Notes under the pieces: model-generated
The model's database searches: none
What the model saw: only the letters and a program-made list of their open reading frames with translations
Told to the model about the DNA's origin: nothing
NCBI GenBank assembly: GCA_026770705.1
Contig: JANJGN010000052.1
Span: 558,001 to 622,000, forward strand
Origin: Isurus oxyrinchus
Lineage: Eukaryota
Length of the DNA: 64,000 bases
Direction of reading: 5' to 3'
Part shown: piece by piece, positions 27,084 to 39,330 of the stretch
How the letters are laid out: each line of letters starts with the position of its first letter
How positions within the stretch are numbered: position 1 is the first letter of the stretch
Program-made: the position numbers and the translations under genes

Positions 27084-27470
27084 ATCTTTTCACCAATTAG
27101 TCGTCCTCATGAAGATGTGTTTTCAGCTGAAGCCGTGGGTAATAATGCAGAGGTTTAAGTTTAACTCCAGAGTAAGGGCCCCGGGTGAGTCCATCGCAAC
27201 CTATACAGTGAAGTGGAAGCAGGTGACTGAGCACTAAGACCTCGGAGACACACTCAATGACATGTTGCGGGGCCGATTGGTTTGTGTCGTTCACCCCAAC
27301 GCCATTCAGAGCCGTTTACTCGCAGAAGCCGACATCGATTTGAAGCGCACCATGGAAATAGCGCCAGGCATGGAAAGTGCTGGAAGAGACTGGCGGGATT
27401 TACAGGATGTACAACATGGCACCAGTCCTCAGCTGGGACAGGAACCAACCACCGGGCGTGAGGCTCAAAC

Positions 27471-27503
<33 letters not shown>

Positions 27504-28430
27504 CCGCCAAGCGAGAGACAGTCTCTGCCGCTCCTGAAACTAAAAGGCTTCGTGGGAGTATTTCAGCAGCAACTCCGAAGTTGGCCTGTTCTCGATGTGG
27601 GGGGGAGTGATCTCGTACCGGACACCTGCAGGTCCAAGGGGGCAGAATGCCATCACTGCCACAAGAAAGGGGCGGGTAATAAAGCAATGCAGGGTGAAAT
27701 CGAGACAGCCCATCAGACAGTGCACCAACATGATGGAAGTGAATAATATCACAGAGCCTGAAGCTGCTGATACTGATGTCTATTCCCTGTCCAATGTCAC
27801 AGTGGTAAAAACTGAACCTATAACCATCACAACCCAAGTGAATGGGCAGCCACTAGTAATGGGGCAGATACGGGAGCCTCAGACACAGTGGTGGAAGAGC
27901 CCACATTTAAACAGCTAAATGAAGGAACCCAGACGCTGAATTTAGAGCCAACAATGGATCAGCTGAAGACACACACTGGAGAATCCATACAGGGAAAGGA
28001 CCTCATCCCAGTACCTGTGTCCTACAGGCAGCAGACAGCCCAGCTTCCAGTGATCATAGCGACAGGTGAGGGCCCTAGTCTTCTGGGCCGAGACTGGTTC
28101 CAGAAAACCAAGCTCAGCTGCTCTGAAATGTTTCACTGGAGGAGTTGCTGAGTTGCTGGGGGAATATGAGAGTGTATCTCGGAATGAGTTTGAAGAATTG
28201 AAGCATCCTCACAGGCTGCAAGTGTCCCTCAGGTCAGAGTTGGTTCCACTGGAAAATCCTGAAGAGAAAGAAAGCGAATTCTGTGCCGCTCTGAGCAAAC
28301 TGAAGAAACAGTTGGCAGGGAAGACCCAACCATGTCCAATGTTCCAGGAGGAAGGCAAGAGATACAAGGAAGAGACTGAAGAGCTGAAGATTCAGCTGAA
28401 TGAAACCAAAGAGGCAGTTACAGTATCACA
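27070..28430 (+). mobile_element. Degenerate Gypsy-like gag-protease fragment (inverted copy)
   Basis: Mirror of 4040-5394. Confidence 0.85.
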
Positions 28431-29451
28431 ACAAGTTTACAGTGCAGAAGGAGGCCATTCAGCCCCTTGAGCCTGTTACACAGGAACAGGAGGAGGCCCA
28501 TTCGGCCCCCTCAAGCCTGTTACACAGGAACAGGAGGAGGCCATTCAGTCCCCTCGAGCCTGTTACACAGAAACAGGAGGAGGCCATTCAGCCCCCTCGA
28601 GACTGTTACACAGGAACAGGAGAAGGCCATTCAGCCCCCTCAAGACTGTTACACAGAAACAGGAGGAGGCCATTCTGCCACTTATGTCCGTTATACAGGA
28701 ACAGGAGGAGGCCATTCAGCCACTGAAGCCCATTACACAGGAACAGGAGGAGGCCATTCAGCCCCTTGTAGGGTGTGGTGGTGTGTGTCAGCTTCACCTG
28801 CGACTTCTGAGCCGTCTGAATCACTCCCACTCCCTGGGTTCTAGACCTTGGACTTATTCGGGGCTTGTCACAAAGTGCAGCAGACAACTGGTTTTGGTGC
28901 AAGACAAAAACTGAGTTTACTGAAGTCACAAATGAACTTATAACATTAGGATGACACTGAGATTATACAGACTTACAAAGTACACTGAGTTAAGAATGGG
29001 GAACAACCGGCATAACGAGGGAGAATCACGCTACTAATGCCCTTACCCTTGTCCCACCCCCAAACCCTAACTAAATTCCACTAGGAGAGGTCAGGGGTCA
29101 CGCTCACCAACCCAGGGTTCCTTGACAGTTGGAAATTTTGAGAACCCTTCAAGAGATGGGGAGGGTTACAGGGGCTGGAGGAGGTTACAGAGATAGGGAG
29201 GGTTGTAGGGGCTGGAGGAGGTTACAGAGATAAGGAGTGTTGTAGGGGCTGGAGGAGGTTACAAATTGTAAATCAGTTCCCCCTCGAGGCCCCTTGTCCA
29301 AAATAAAAGCAACGCACACAATTTGTAAAATAGTAAGTGTAGCAATGAGAGGAGTAAGGGGTTAGGGGGCATGCGCTTCACCTGATTTGCCGACATAAGA
29401 ACCAGCCCCTCTGTTTTTGCTATGTTGTGTTGCATCAATAAGAACACATAT

Positions 29452-29860
29452 TTGCACAAGGTGAAGGGCGTTGCGGAGGGACTGATAGTTCTCGGCGCCA
29501 GACAGTCAATGTCCCAGTGACCTTACTGCTGGTTTGAAAACAAAGAAAACTGCGGATGCTGGAAATCTAAAACAAAAACAGAATTACCTGGAAAAACTCA
29601 GTAGGTCTGGCAGCATCGGCGGAGAAGAAAAGAGTTGACGTTCTGTCGAAGGGTCATGAGGACTCGAAACGTCAACTCTTTTCTTCTCCGCCGATGCTGC
29701 CAGACCTACTGAGTTTTTCCAGGTAATTCTGTTTTTGTTACCTTACTGCTGGTCCCAGGCCAGTGGGACAGGGAACATCGACACTGCAATATCCAGAAAT
29801 GGGTGTGATACCACACAGCTACCCACCCGCGGCTGTCCCCTTCAAGTGTTTCAGGTATAA
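29452..29860 (+). promoter_or_regulatory. Hepcidin proximal promoter: C/EBP-like TTGCACAA (29452), BMP-RE GGCGCC plus Smad AGAC (29494-29503), TATAA (29856-29860)
   Basis: Motifs read directly upstream of exon 1. GGCGCC is the known BMP-responsive element of vertebrate HAMP promoters. Confidence 0.65.
29534..29739. mobile_element. Penelope-like palindromic insertion in the hepcidin promoter, 14-bp TSD
   Basis: Inverted arms around ctgtcgaagggtcatgaggactcgaaac. ACCTTACTGCTGGT duplicated at 29520-29533 and 29740-29753. Confidence 0.75.
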
Positions 29861-29932
29861 GAGCAGGAAGCTCCTCTAGTTACAAACCAAAGCATCAAAG
29901 CAGAGCCAGAAGATCAGAAGAGACAGGCAGAG

Positions 29933-30025
29933 ATGGGAAGCTCCCAGATGAAATGGCGACTTGTCTTGTTCACTCTGACTTTGCTGCTCTCCCTGCAGCT
30001 GAGTCACTTCTTCTCCTTGTCGAGG
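29933..30025 (+). CDS. HAMP: Hepcidin-like gene, exon 1 (signal peptide MGSSQMKWRLVLFTLTLLLSLQLSHFFSLSR)
   Basis: ATG at 29933 (alternative in-frame ATG at 29948), hydrophobic signal peptide, 93 nt, phase-0 donor AGG|gtaagc. TATA box at 29856. Confidence 0.88.
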
Positions 30026-30224
30026 GTAAGCTAAGAGATGTCCCTCTGGGTGAGGTGTTTCTTGCACATGACTCTACGTCTACCACCCAGATAGACTGGT
30101 CACTTCCGCAGTTTGATATTATTATGTTCGTGCCTTTAATATTGTCGCCCTCTATGAATTTAACATCATTTCCTTCTGTCGTTTCCCTTGAAATTCTCAT
30201 TCTTGTTTTCAATCCCTCCTCAGC

Positions 30225-31010
30225 CACTCCCTATCTCTGTAACCTCCACCAGGCCTTACAACCCTCCCTATCTCTGTAAACTCCTCCAGCCCCTACAACC
30301 CTCCCTATCTCTGTAACCTCCTCCAGCCGCTACAACCCTCCCTATATCTGTAACCTCCTCCAGCCCCTACAACCCTCCCTATCTCTGTAACTTCCTCCAG
30401 CCCCTACAACTGTCCCTATCTCTGTTACCTCCTCCAGCCCCTACAACACTCCCTATCTCTGTAACCTCCTCCAGCCCCTACAACCCTACCTATCTCTGTA
30501 ACCTCCCCCAGGCCCCACAACCCTCATGATCACTGTAACCTCCTCTAGACCCTACAACCCTCCCTATCTCTGTAACCTCCTCCAGACCCTACAACCCTCC
30601 CTATCTCTGTAACCTCCTCCAGGCCCCACGACCCTCAGAATCACTGTCACCTCCTCCAGCCCCTACAATGCTCATGAACTCTATAACCTCCTCTCCACAC
30701 TATAACTCTCCCTATCTCTGTAACCTACTGTGGCCCCTACAACAGTATTTATTTTGGTAACCTCCTCCAGCCTCTACAACCCTCCCTACCTCTGTAACCT
30801 CCTCCAGCCCCCACAACCCCCCATCTCTTTAACCTCCTACAGCCCCTACTCACCTCCCTATCTCTGTAACCTCCTACAGCCCCTACAACCTTCCCTATCT
30901 CTGTAACCTCCTACAGCCTCTAGAACCCTCCCTATCTCTGTTACCTCCTACAGCCTCTACAACCCTCCCTATCTCTGTAACCTCCTCAAGCCGGAACAAC
31001 CCTCCCTAAA
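30225..31010. repeat. 37-bp tandem repeat (ccctacaaccctccctatctctgtaacctcctccagc) in hepcidin intron 1; also about 2140-2380, 29155-29262, 53700-54140
   Basis: About 20 units; the same unit sits inside the L2-like LINE at 53-55 kb. Confidence 0.9.
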
Positions 31011-31788
31011 TCTCTGGTCTGAGTCTCACTCCAGGGAATTCAGTCCCATAACGTCGGTCAACACTCCGTGCTGAGGGAGTGCTGCACTGTCAGAGGGTCA
31101 GTAGTGTGGAAGTGTTGCACTATTGGAGGGACAGTACTGAGTGAGTGCTATACTGTCGGAGGTCAGTACTGAGGAAGTGCTGCATTGTTACAGGGTCAGT
31201 ACTGTGGAAGTGTTGCACTGTCGGAGGTCAGTACTGAGGGACTGCTGCTGTGTCGAAGGGTTAGTACTGAAATAGAGCTGCACTGACGGAGGGACAGTAC
31301 TGAGGGAGCGCAGCACTATCGAAGGGTTAATACTAAGGGAGTGCTGCAGTGTCAAAGGGTTAGTACTGAGGGAGCGCAACAATGTTGAATGAGACATTAA
31401 ACCGAGTCCCCCGTCTGCCCTCTCGGGCGGGTGTGAAAGATCCCACAGCCACTATTTGGAGGAAGAGCAGGGGGTGCTCTCCCCGGTGTCCTGGGACCAA
31501 TATTTATCCCTCAACCAACATCACCAAAAACAGATGATCTAGGCCATGATCACATTTCTATTTGTGGGATCTTGCTGTGCACAAATCAGCTGCCACATTT
31601 CCTACAGTGTGAGTGCACTTCAAAAACATCCTTCAGTGGCTGTGAAATGCTTTGGGATGTGGTGAAAGGCGTTAGAGAAATGCAAGTCTGTCCTCCTCCC
31701 TCTCTCTCTCCTGTACCTCTCTCTCTCTCTCTCCCTCTCCCTCAATCCTCCTCTCACTTTCTCCCTGATAAATTCTTTCTTTTTGCAG

Positions 31789-31845
31789 GTTGACACTGCT
31801 TTAGGTTCTTCGACGATTGAGAAATCTGTGGATTCCCCGGACACG
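31789..31845 (+). CDS. HAMP: Hepcidin-like gene, exon 2 (pro-region VDTALGSSTIEKSVDSPDT)
   Basis: Strong polypyrimidine acceptor ttctttctttttgcag|, 57 nt, phase 0-0, donor |gtaggt. Size and phase fit the short hepcidin exon 2. Confidence 0.82.
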
Positions 31846-33113
31846 GTAGGTGGAAATTCATTCCTTATTTTAAGGTTTCTCCCTGCTCGTTTCTTCCACA
31901 GAAAGTTTTCTGATTTCAAGCTGATTTCAGTGGCAGTCTGTCTCGGTTATACTCAGGAGGCAGGTTTGAAATCGAGCCCCCCCCCCCCTCCTTTTTTTGC
32001 AAAGCTGGGAAGAGGCAATTCCAAGGAAGTGAACATATCCCCACAGGAATTTTAAATGTAACCCACGCCGGGAATAGTGAGAGGGAGACTGATCCAGCCT
32101 GGGAGTGGGTTAAAGAGAGGCTGGGAGTCGAGAGTCGGAGAGAGGGATGGAATGGGGGAGGGAGGGATTGGAAGAGAGAGACAGAGAGTGGGACGGGGAG
32201 GGGTGAAAGGGAAAGAACATAGGTGGGAGAGAGTGACAGAGGGAGAAATTAAAGAAGAGATGCAGAGTGAGGGAAAGTGAAAAGGGAAGAGAGATTGTCC
32301 AAGAGAGAGAAATTAACAGGAAAGGGAGAGTTACAGAGTGAGCGAAAGGTACAAAAATAGTGTGAGAGAGAGGGAGAGATACAGAGTGGGAGAAGGAGAC
32401 AGGGGAGAGAGAGAGGGAGAGAGACAGGAAAAGGGAGAGAGGAGAGAAAGATTGGGAGAGAGGGCAATTGAGCGGAAGAGTAGGAGAGAGAGAGACAGGG
32501 AGAGGAGGAGTGGATGAGAGGAAGAGAGAGAGAGATATGGAGCAGGAGAACACCTCCTCCGGTCCCGATGTTCCTCCAAAATCTCTGAAATTCCTGCATC
32601 TCCCGGGTCCCCCTGATTCCCATCGCTCCACCATTGGTGGCCGTGCCTTCAGCTGCCTGGGGCCCTGAGCTCCGGAATACCCTCCCTTAACCTCTCTGCC
32701 TCTCTCTCTCTCTCCTTTAAGATGCTCCTTAAAAACTGACATCTTTGACCAAGCTTTTGGTCACCTAATATCTCCATATGTGACTCAGTGTTAGACTTCT
32801 CTCTGATTTACGCTCCGGTAATGTGGGCTGGGACATTTTGCAATGTCAGAGGCGCTGTGTAAATGCAAGTTGTGAGTGTTATGTGGAAGGGAGACCCCAG
32901 GCGGCAGTCAGTGCCAGAGACTGGAGTCATTGTGCGCAGACCGTATCTAATCTCTCCGAATGCACAATCGGTTTGACTGTCAGCCAAAGCACTTTTGATA
33001 TTTGATCCTTCTAACTGTTTATAACCAGGCCTACATCATACACCGAGAGGCTGGTTAATCAACAGACACCTTAGAGGATCGAGTGAAAGACAAAGAGGAC
33101 TTGCATTTCTCTA

Positions 33114-33262
33114 TAAAAACAAAGAAAACTGCGGATGCTGGAAATCCAAAACAAAAACAGAATTACCTGAAAAAACTCAGCAGGTCTGGCAGCATCGGCG
33201 GAGAAGAAAAGAGTTGACGTTTCGAGTCCTCAGAAGGGTCATGAGGACTCGAAACGTCAACT
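33114..33262. mobile_element. Penelope-like insertion in hepcidin intron 2, 14-bp TSD
   Basis: CTTGCATTTCTCTA duplicated at 33100-33113 and 33263-33276. Confidence 0.72.
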
Positions 33263-34237
33263 CTTGCATTTCTCTAGCGCCTTCCAACACATCAGGACGT
33301 CCCAAACTGTTTCGCAGACAATCAAGTGCTTTCTTTCTTTCATGTGAGGTCACTGATGTACTGTGGGAAAAGAATCAGCCATTGGCGCACAGTAAGATCC
33401 CACAGACAGCAGCATGATAATGACCAGCGCGCTCCCAGTACTTGCACTGCAAGTGTCAGTTCAGGGTGTCTGCTCGATTCTCTGCAACTCTCAGCTCTGA
33501 ATTAAAAGGACCACCAGGCGTAATTGAGAAATTACCGAGCTGTCGGAGGGTCAGTACCGGCGGGGGGGCAGGACAGTCGGAGGGTCAGTACTGAGGGGGT
33601 GCTGCATTGTCAGACGGTCAGTCTTGGAGTGCTGCACTGTCAGAGGGTCAGTACCGGCGGGGGACTGCACAGTCGGAGGGTCAGTACTGAGGGGGTGCTG
33701 CATTGTCAGACGGTCAGTACTGAGGGAGTGCTGCACAGTCGGAGGGTCAGTACTGAGGGGGTGCTGCACTGTTGAAGGCGCTGTCTTTCAGATGAGATGT
33801 TAAACTGAGACAACATCTGCCCTCTCAGATGGATGTAGAGGATTCCATGGCCACAATTTAAATGAAGTGCGTCATGAGTTGGGGGTATGTGTGGAGGGGG
33901 TGGTGCGGGGTGGATGGGATGCAGTTATGTCTGCTTTCCTGGGGCAAACATTTATCCCTCAACTGACATTGGTAAAAAACTGAAAATCGGGGCCATTATC
34001 ACATTTCTGTTTGTGGGATCTTGCTGTGCGTGAATTGCCTGCTGCGTTTCCTACATTACAGCGGTGAGCTCACTTCAGAAAAAGTCCTTCCTTCAGCTGT
34101 GGAACACTTTGGGCCATCCTGAGGAGGGGAAAGGCGCTATAGAAATGCGCCATCCTCCTTCCAATGACGCGCTTGATTGAAATGATGCCTTCTTTCTTTC
34201 CGGAATGTTCTCACCTATTGTCCTCCTGCTTTTCCAG

Positions 34238-34354
34238 GGCTCCTTGCTGCAGCGCCAGAAGAGAATGGGCAGACAGCAGCTCTGCAGATTCTGCTGTAAC
34301 TGCTGTAATTGGAGAGAACCAAATGAGACTTGTGGTCTCTGCTGTAGATATTAG
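34238..34354 (+). CDS. HAMP: Hepcidin-like gene, exon 3 (GSLLQRQKR|MGRQQLCRFCCNCCNWREPNETCGLCCRY*)
   Basis: Acceptor ctgcttttccag|, furin site RQKR, 8-Cys hepcidin pattern C-x2-CC-x-CC-xn-C-x2-CC, TAG at 34352-34354. Confidence 0.95.
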   Translation, partial: GSLLQRQKRMGRQQLCRFCCNCCNWREPNETCGLCCRY

Positions 34355-36829
34355 ACCCTGGCCTCATTCACGCAAGGTCATCCTGCACCATGCCACAGCC
34401 TCTCCCCTCCTTATCTACTGCTTAGCAATCTACTTAACACAGGCCCTGTTCAGTAATTCCAACTGAAACTTTACCTGCGTTTTACAGCAGGGAAAGAAGC
34501 CATTCGGCCCATCTGTTCCATGCTGGAGTTTCTGCTCCACACGAGTCTCCGCCCACCCCTTCTCCATCTCACCCCATCACCATATCCTTCTATTCATTTC
34601 TCCCTCGTGTGTTTATCCAGCTTCCCCTTAAATACATCGACACTATTCACCTCACGTGACTGTGTTTGTGTCTGTCTTTATGAGCGTGTGTGTGTGACTG
34701 TCAATATGTGTGTGTCAATGTGAATGTGTGTGATTGTGTCAGCGTGTGTGTGTGTATGTGTGACTGTCAGTGCGTGTCAATGTGAATGTGTGTGATTGTG
34801 TCAGCGTGTGTCTGTGTGTGTGTGTGTGTGGGTGTGTGTGACTGTGTCAGTGTGTGTCAATGTGAATGAGTGAGTGTGTCAGTGTGTCTGTGTGGGTGTG
34901 TGTGACTGTGTCAGTGTGTGTCAATGTGAATGAGTGAGTGTGTCAGTGTGTCTGTGTGGGTGTGGGTGTGTGAGTGTGCAAGTGAATGTGTGAGGAATCT
35001 TATGACTAAGTCATTTGAATGGATGTTACTGGGGTTAATGATAGTTAAAATTCAGAGAGATGTAAAGCGGGCTCCTGATTTTGCTGCTTTATGCTCCCGG
35101 GCACAGATTCACCCCGACAATGTGTTCATGATTCACCATTATCTTGTCGGGACTTTAATTGTAAAGATTATGATTTGTGAAAAAAAATGAATAAACAACT
35201 TTTGTCTTCACAAAGTGTCTGACTTGGTATTTCAGGCTACTTGTCTCTCCCTCACCCTCCCCCCCCCACCATGCCCCCCACACCAGGGAACAATTGTCCC
35301 CCGTTCCTCTGAAGTTCTGGGTAAAGATCAGCTTTGTTCAATGCAAGCTGTTCCGACATCGAGAACGTTGTTACAAATATCTCACAAAGGGCACACGCCA
35401 TGATAGCCCACTTTCAACAGATTTTACCAGTTGACCAGGTTGAAAACCTTTTCATAAACCACAACGTAGGTGTTCAATTCTTGCTGCTGTTTGCTTAATG
35501 TTCTCATAACTGCTATAACCTCTCTAGTTCCACTACATAACAACACCAACATAAATAAACAGAAGCAGGAGTAGGCCTTTTGGCCCCCCAAGCCAGCTTG
35601 TCCATTCAATTTGAACCTGGCTCCTGCTGAAAGTTATTTAAGTTGAAGCGATAAAGCCATCAGGTGCAGGGATTAAAATGTAAGCAAAGGAAAAATAATA
35701 CTTAGACATGAGATTTAAAATCAGTTTCTGTGAAGAATCATAGTGAGGCCATTGCTCTGGATTCCTTCTTTCCAGAGTGAAGGGTTTAAAACTAGGAGTC
35801 ACATTCAGCAGCTGCGTTGTCTTCTCTAGTTGACTATTTGGAGGTTGCCTGTAGATGTGAATCAGCAGGACAGCAGCTTTGGGGAGTGAGTGAAGGTCCC
35901 TTTTATTTACAGGATCTGCCATAGGGTGTGCAGGAATATTCCTGCTGAATTCTCCATCCTTGCATTCATGAAGGGTTTGAAACTGGAAGTCATATTCAGC
36001 AGCTGCAATGGCCTCTGTAGCCAACTGTCTGGAGGTTGCCTGTACAGGTGGACTCAGCAGGTCAACAGCTTTGTAGGGCGGGGGACACGGGTAGTGAAGG
36101 TCCCTTTTCTTTAAAGGTTCTGCCAGTGCAACACTTGATGATCCTGGGTCAAAATGATGTATCACCCTCCCCAACAGCACTGTGGATGTGCCCTATGGAG
36201 GTTCCTTGGCTTCAACGAGCAGCCTACCAGCTCTACTCTCAATTCCTCTTCGCACTTGCTTCCTTCCTCCTCTGGTCTTTACTTTGTTATAGTGTTAGTG
36301 TCCGCTCTGCCTTTTTTGTTGCTTTCCCAATTCTTCCCACCAACTCTCTCTGGCTTGATCCTTCTCTGTGCTCATCTCATTGGTTTGAGTTTCTATCCGT
36401 TCATTGACCTGGTGTAATCTGAAACTGGTGCAATCAGGTAGGGTTGGGGGGGTTGGCGCTGGCCGTGGGTGGTGATACACGGCTACCTTTTTACCAAAAT
36501 TCTTTCACGGGATGTGGACAGCGTTTGTTACCTGTTTCTGACTGACCCCTTGAGAAGGGGGTGCTGAGCTGCCTTTTCGAAGTGCTGCAGTTCACCTGGT
36601 TTGACTGGTCTGTGGCGGGTTTTGATATAACTCAGTGGCTTGCTCGGCCATTTCAGGGGCCAGTTAAGAGTCAACCACATTGCTGTGGGTCAGGAGTCAC
36701 ACGTAGGCCAGAATGGGTAAGGACGGCAGGTTTCCTTCCCCAAAGGGCATTAGTGACCCAGATGGGTTTTTGCAACAATTGGCGTTAGTTTCATGGTCAC
36801 CATTACTGAGACTAGCTTCGCATTCCAGA

Positions 36830-37910
36830 TGTCACATCCAGTCGTGGACAATTAAACAACTCACTGGAGGAGGAAGCTCCACAAATATCCCCATCCTCAA
36901 TGATGGAGGAGCCCAGCACATCGGTGCAAAAGACAAGACTGAAGCATGCACAACAATCTTCAGCCAGAAGTGCTGAGTGGGTGATCCATCTCGGCCTCCT
37001 CCGGAGGTCCCCAGCATCAGAGATGCCAATCTTTAGCCAATTCGATTAATTCCACGTGATATCAAGAAAGGGCTGAAGGCACTGGATATTGCAAAGGCTC
37101 CAGGCCCTGACAATATTCTGGCAATAGTACTGAAGACTTGTGCTCCAGAACTTGCTGCGCCCCTAGCCAAGCTTTTCTGGAATTTTCTAGTACAGCTGCA
37201 ACACTGGCAACTACCCGGCTATGGGGTACGTCCTGTACACAAAAAGCAGGACAAATCCAACCCAGCCAATTACCCAGCAGTCTATTCTTGATCATTACTA
37301 AAGTGATTGAAGGGGTCATCAACAGCGCTTGCAAGCAGCACCTGCTTAGCAAGAACCTGCTCACTGACGCTCAGTTTGTGTTCCACCAGGATCATTCAGC
37401 TCCTGGCCTCATTACAGCCTTGGTTCAAACATGCATAAATGAGCTGAACTCCAGAGGTGAGAGTGACTGTCCTTGACATCAAGGCAGCATTTGACTGAGT
37501 GTGGCAAATCAAGGAGCCCGAGCAAAACTGGAGTCAATGGGAATCGGGGGAAAACTCTCCGCTGCTTGGAGTCATACCCAGCACAAAGGAAAATGGTTGT
37601 GATTATTGGGGGTCAATCATCTCAGTTCCAGGACATCACTGCAGGAGTTACTCAGGGTAGTGTCCTAGGCCCAACCATCTTCAGCTGCTTCATCAATGAC
37701 CTTCCTTCCATCATAAGGTCAGAAGTGGGGATGTTTGCTGATGTTTGCACAATGTTCAGCATCATTCACGGCTCCTCAGATACTGAAGCAAGTTATGTCC
37801 AAATGCAGCAAGACCTGGACAACATCCAGGCTTGGGCTGACAGGTGATAAGTAACATTCATGCCACACAAGTGCCAGGCAATGACCAGCTCCAACAAGAG
37901 ACAATCTCAC
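36830..37910 (+). mobile_element. CR1-clade LINE RT fragment
   Basis: KAPGPDNI; GVTQGSVLGPTIFSCFINDLP...MFADV; frameshifted. Confidence 0.88.
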
Positions 37911-38389
37911 TGAAGGTGCAGAAAATTTGGATTTATTTTAAAGAGCCAGCCAGGACCAGCAGCTAGGGTGACAAAGCATACACAGACAATCACATCCTTA
38001 CGTGAAAGCTAAAAACCTGTACAAAGGGTTCAGCTGTAAATTTGCAATGAGGAAATGGGAGACACACACACAAGGACACAGGGTGACTCAATCAAGAAAT
38101 GGGGAAGGTTATTTCACACCCTCCGATTGGCCTTGAACCACATCCAGTCAGCCTCCGGAAACCTTTTGTAGCGAACAAACATAGATTCTTTGCTGTCTCA
38201 AAAGGACAATAGCCAGTCTCTGCCCTGTAATTACTGTACAAGAACACAATTATCAGCCCACCGGAGGGTCATTGTGCTGTGGCCTTTGTTTAACTAATAC
38301 CATTACCTTGTAACTGAGAGTAAAAAATATATAAACTGTGCTCATTTGAACCTCGGTGGAGAAGCACCTGGACTGCCCAGGAATGGCGG

Positions 38390-39330
38390 CTAAATGAGCT
38401 GCTGACACAAAGATAGGTTGGAAAGTAAATTGTGAAGAGGATGTAAGGTGGTTAGAAAGTGACATCGATAGGTTAAGTGAGTGGGCAAAGATCTGACAAA
38501 TGGAGAATAATGTGGGCGCATGTGAAAGTGTTCATTTTGTCAGAAAGAACAAGAAGGAAGATTATTATCTAAAAGGTGAGAGATTGCAGAGCTCTGAGAT
38601 GCAGAGGGATCTGGGTGTCCTCGTGCATGAATCACAAAAGGCTGGTTTGCAGATACAGCAGGTCAATCGGAAAGCTAATGGGATGTTATAATTTACTGTG
38701 GGGAATTGAATAGAAAAGTAGGGAGGTTACGTTCAGTTGTACAGGGCACTGGTGAGACCACATCTGGAGTACTCTGTACAGTAAGGTCACCTTACTTAAA
38801 GAAAGATGTAAATGCATTAGAAGCAGTTCAGAGAAGGTTTACTAGACTAATACCAGGATTGGTCGGGTTGTCTTATGAGGTCAGGTTGGACAGGTTAGGC
38901 TTGTATCCACTGGAGTTTAGAAGAGTAAGAGGCAACTTAATTAAAACCTTTAAGATCCAGGTGAGTCTTGACAGGGTGGATATGGAGAGGATGTTCCCTC
39001 TTGTGTGAGAATCTAGAACTAGGCGGTCATGGTTTAAAAATAAGGGGTCGCTCATTTAAGATAGAGATGAGGCGAAATGTTTTCTCTCAGAGGGTAGTAA
39101 GTCTTTGGAACACTCTGCCTCAAAAGGCAGTGGAAACTGGGTCTTTGAATATTTTTAAGGCAGAGCTAGATAGATTCTTGATTAACAAGGGGGTGAAAGG
39201 TCATTGGGGGTAGACAGGAATGTGAGGTTGAGGTGACAATCAGATCAGCCATGATCTTACTGAATGGCGGAGCAGGTTCGAGGGGCTGAGTGACCTACTC
39301 CTGATCCTAACTCAGATATCCATATGTTCT
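38390..39330 (+). mobile_element. CR1 LINE 3' portion
   Basis: QRDLGVLVHES, LEAVQRRFTRLIPG, RVVSLWNTLP, 3' UTR. Confidence 0.9.

Larger units (their letters stand above)
19860..29483. repeat. Right arm of the inverted segmental duplication
   Basis: Mirror of 1-9274, with indels and a longer satellite. Mirror-image ORFs appear in the track (e.g. 4317..4580- and 27888..28151+). Confidence 0.92.

Noticed and set aside
34164-34466. 100-aa ORF over hepcidin exon 3 (also 29953..30279 over exon 1)
   Set aside because: Alternative frames; the hepcidin frame is defined by the splice sites and the Cys pattern.
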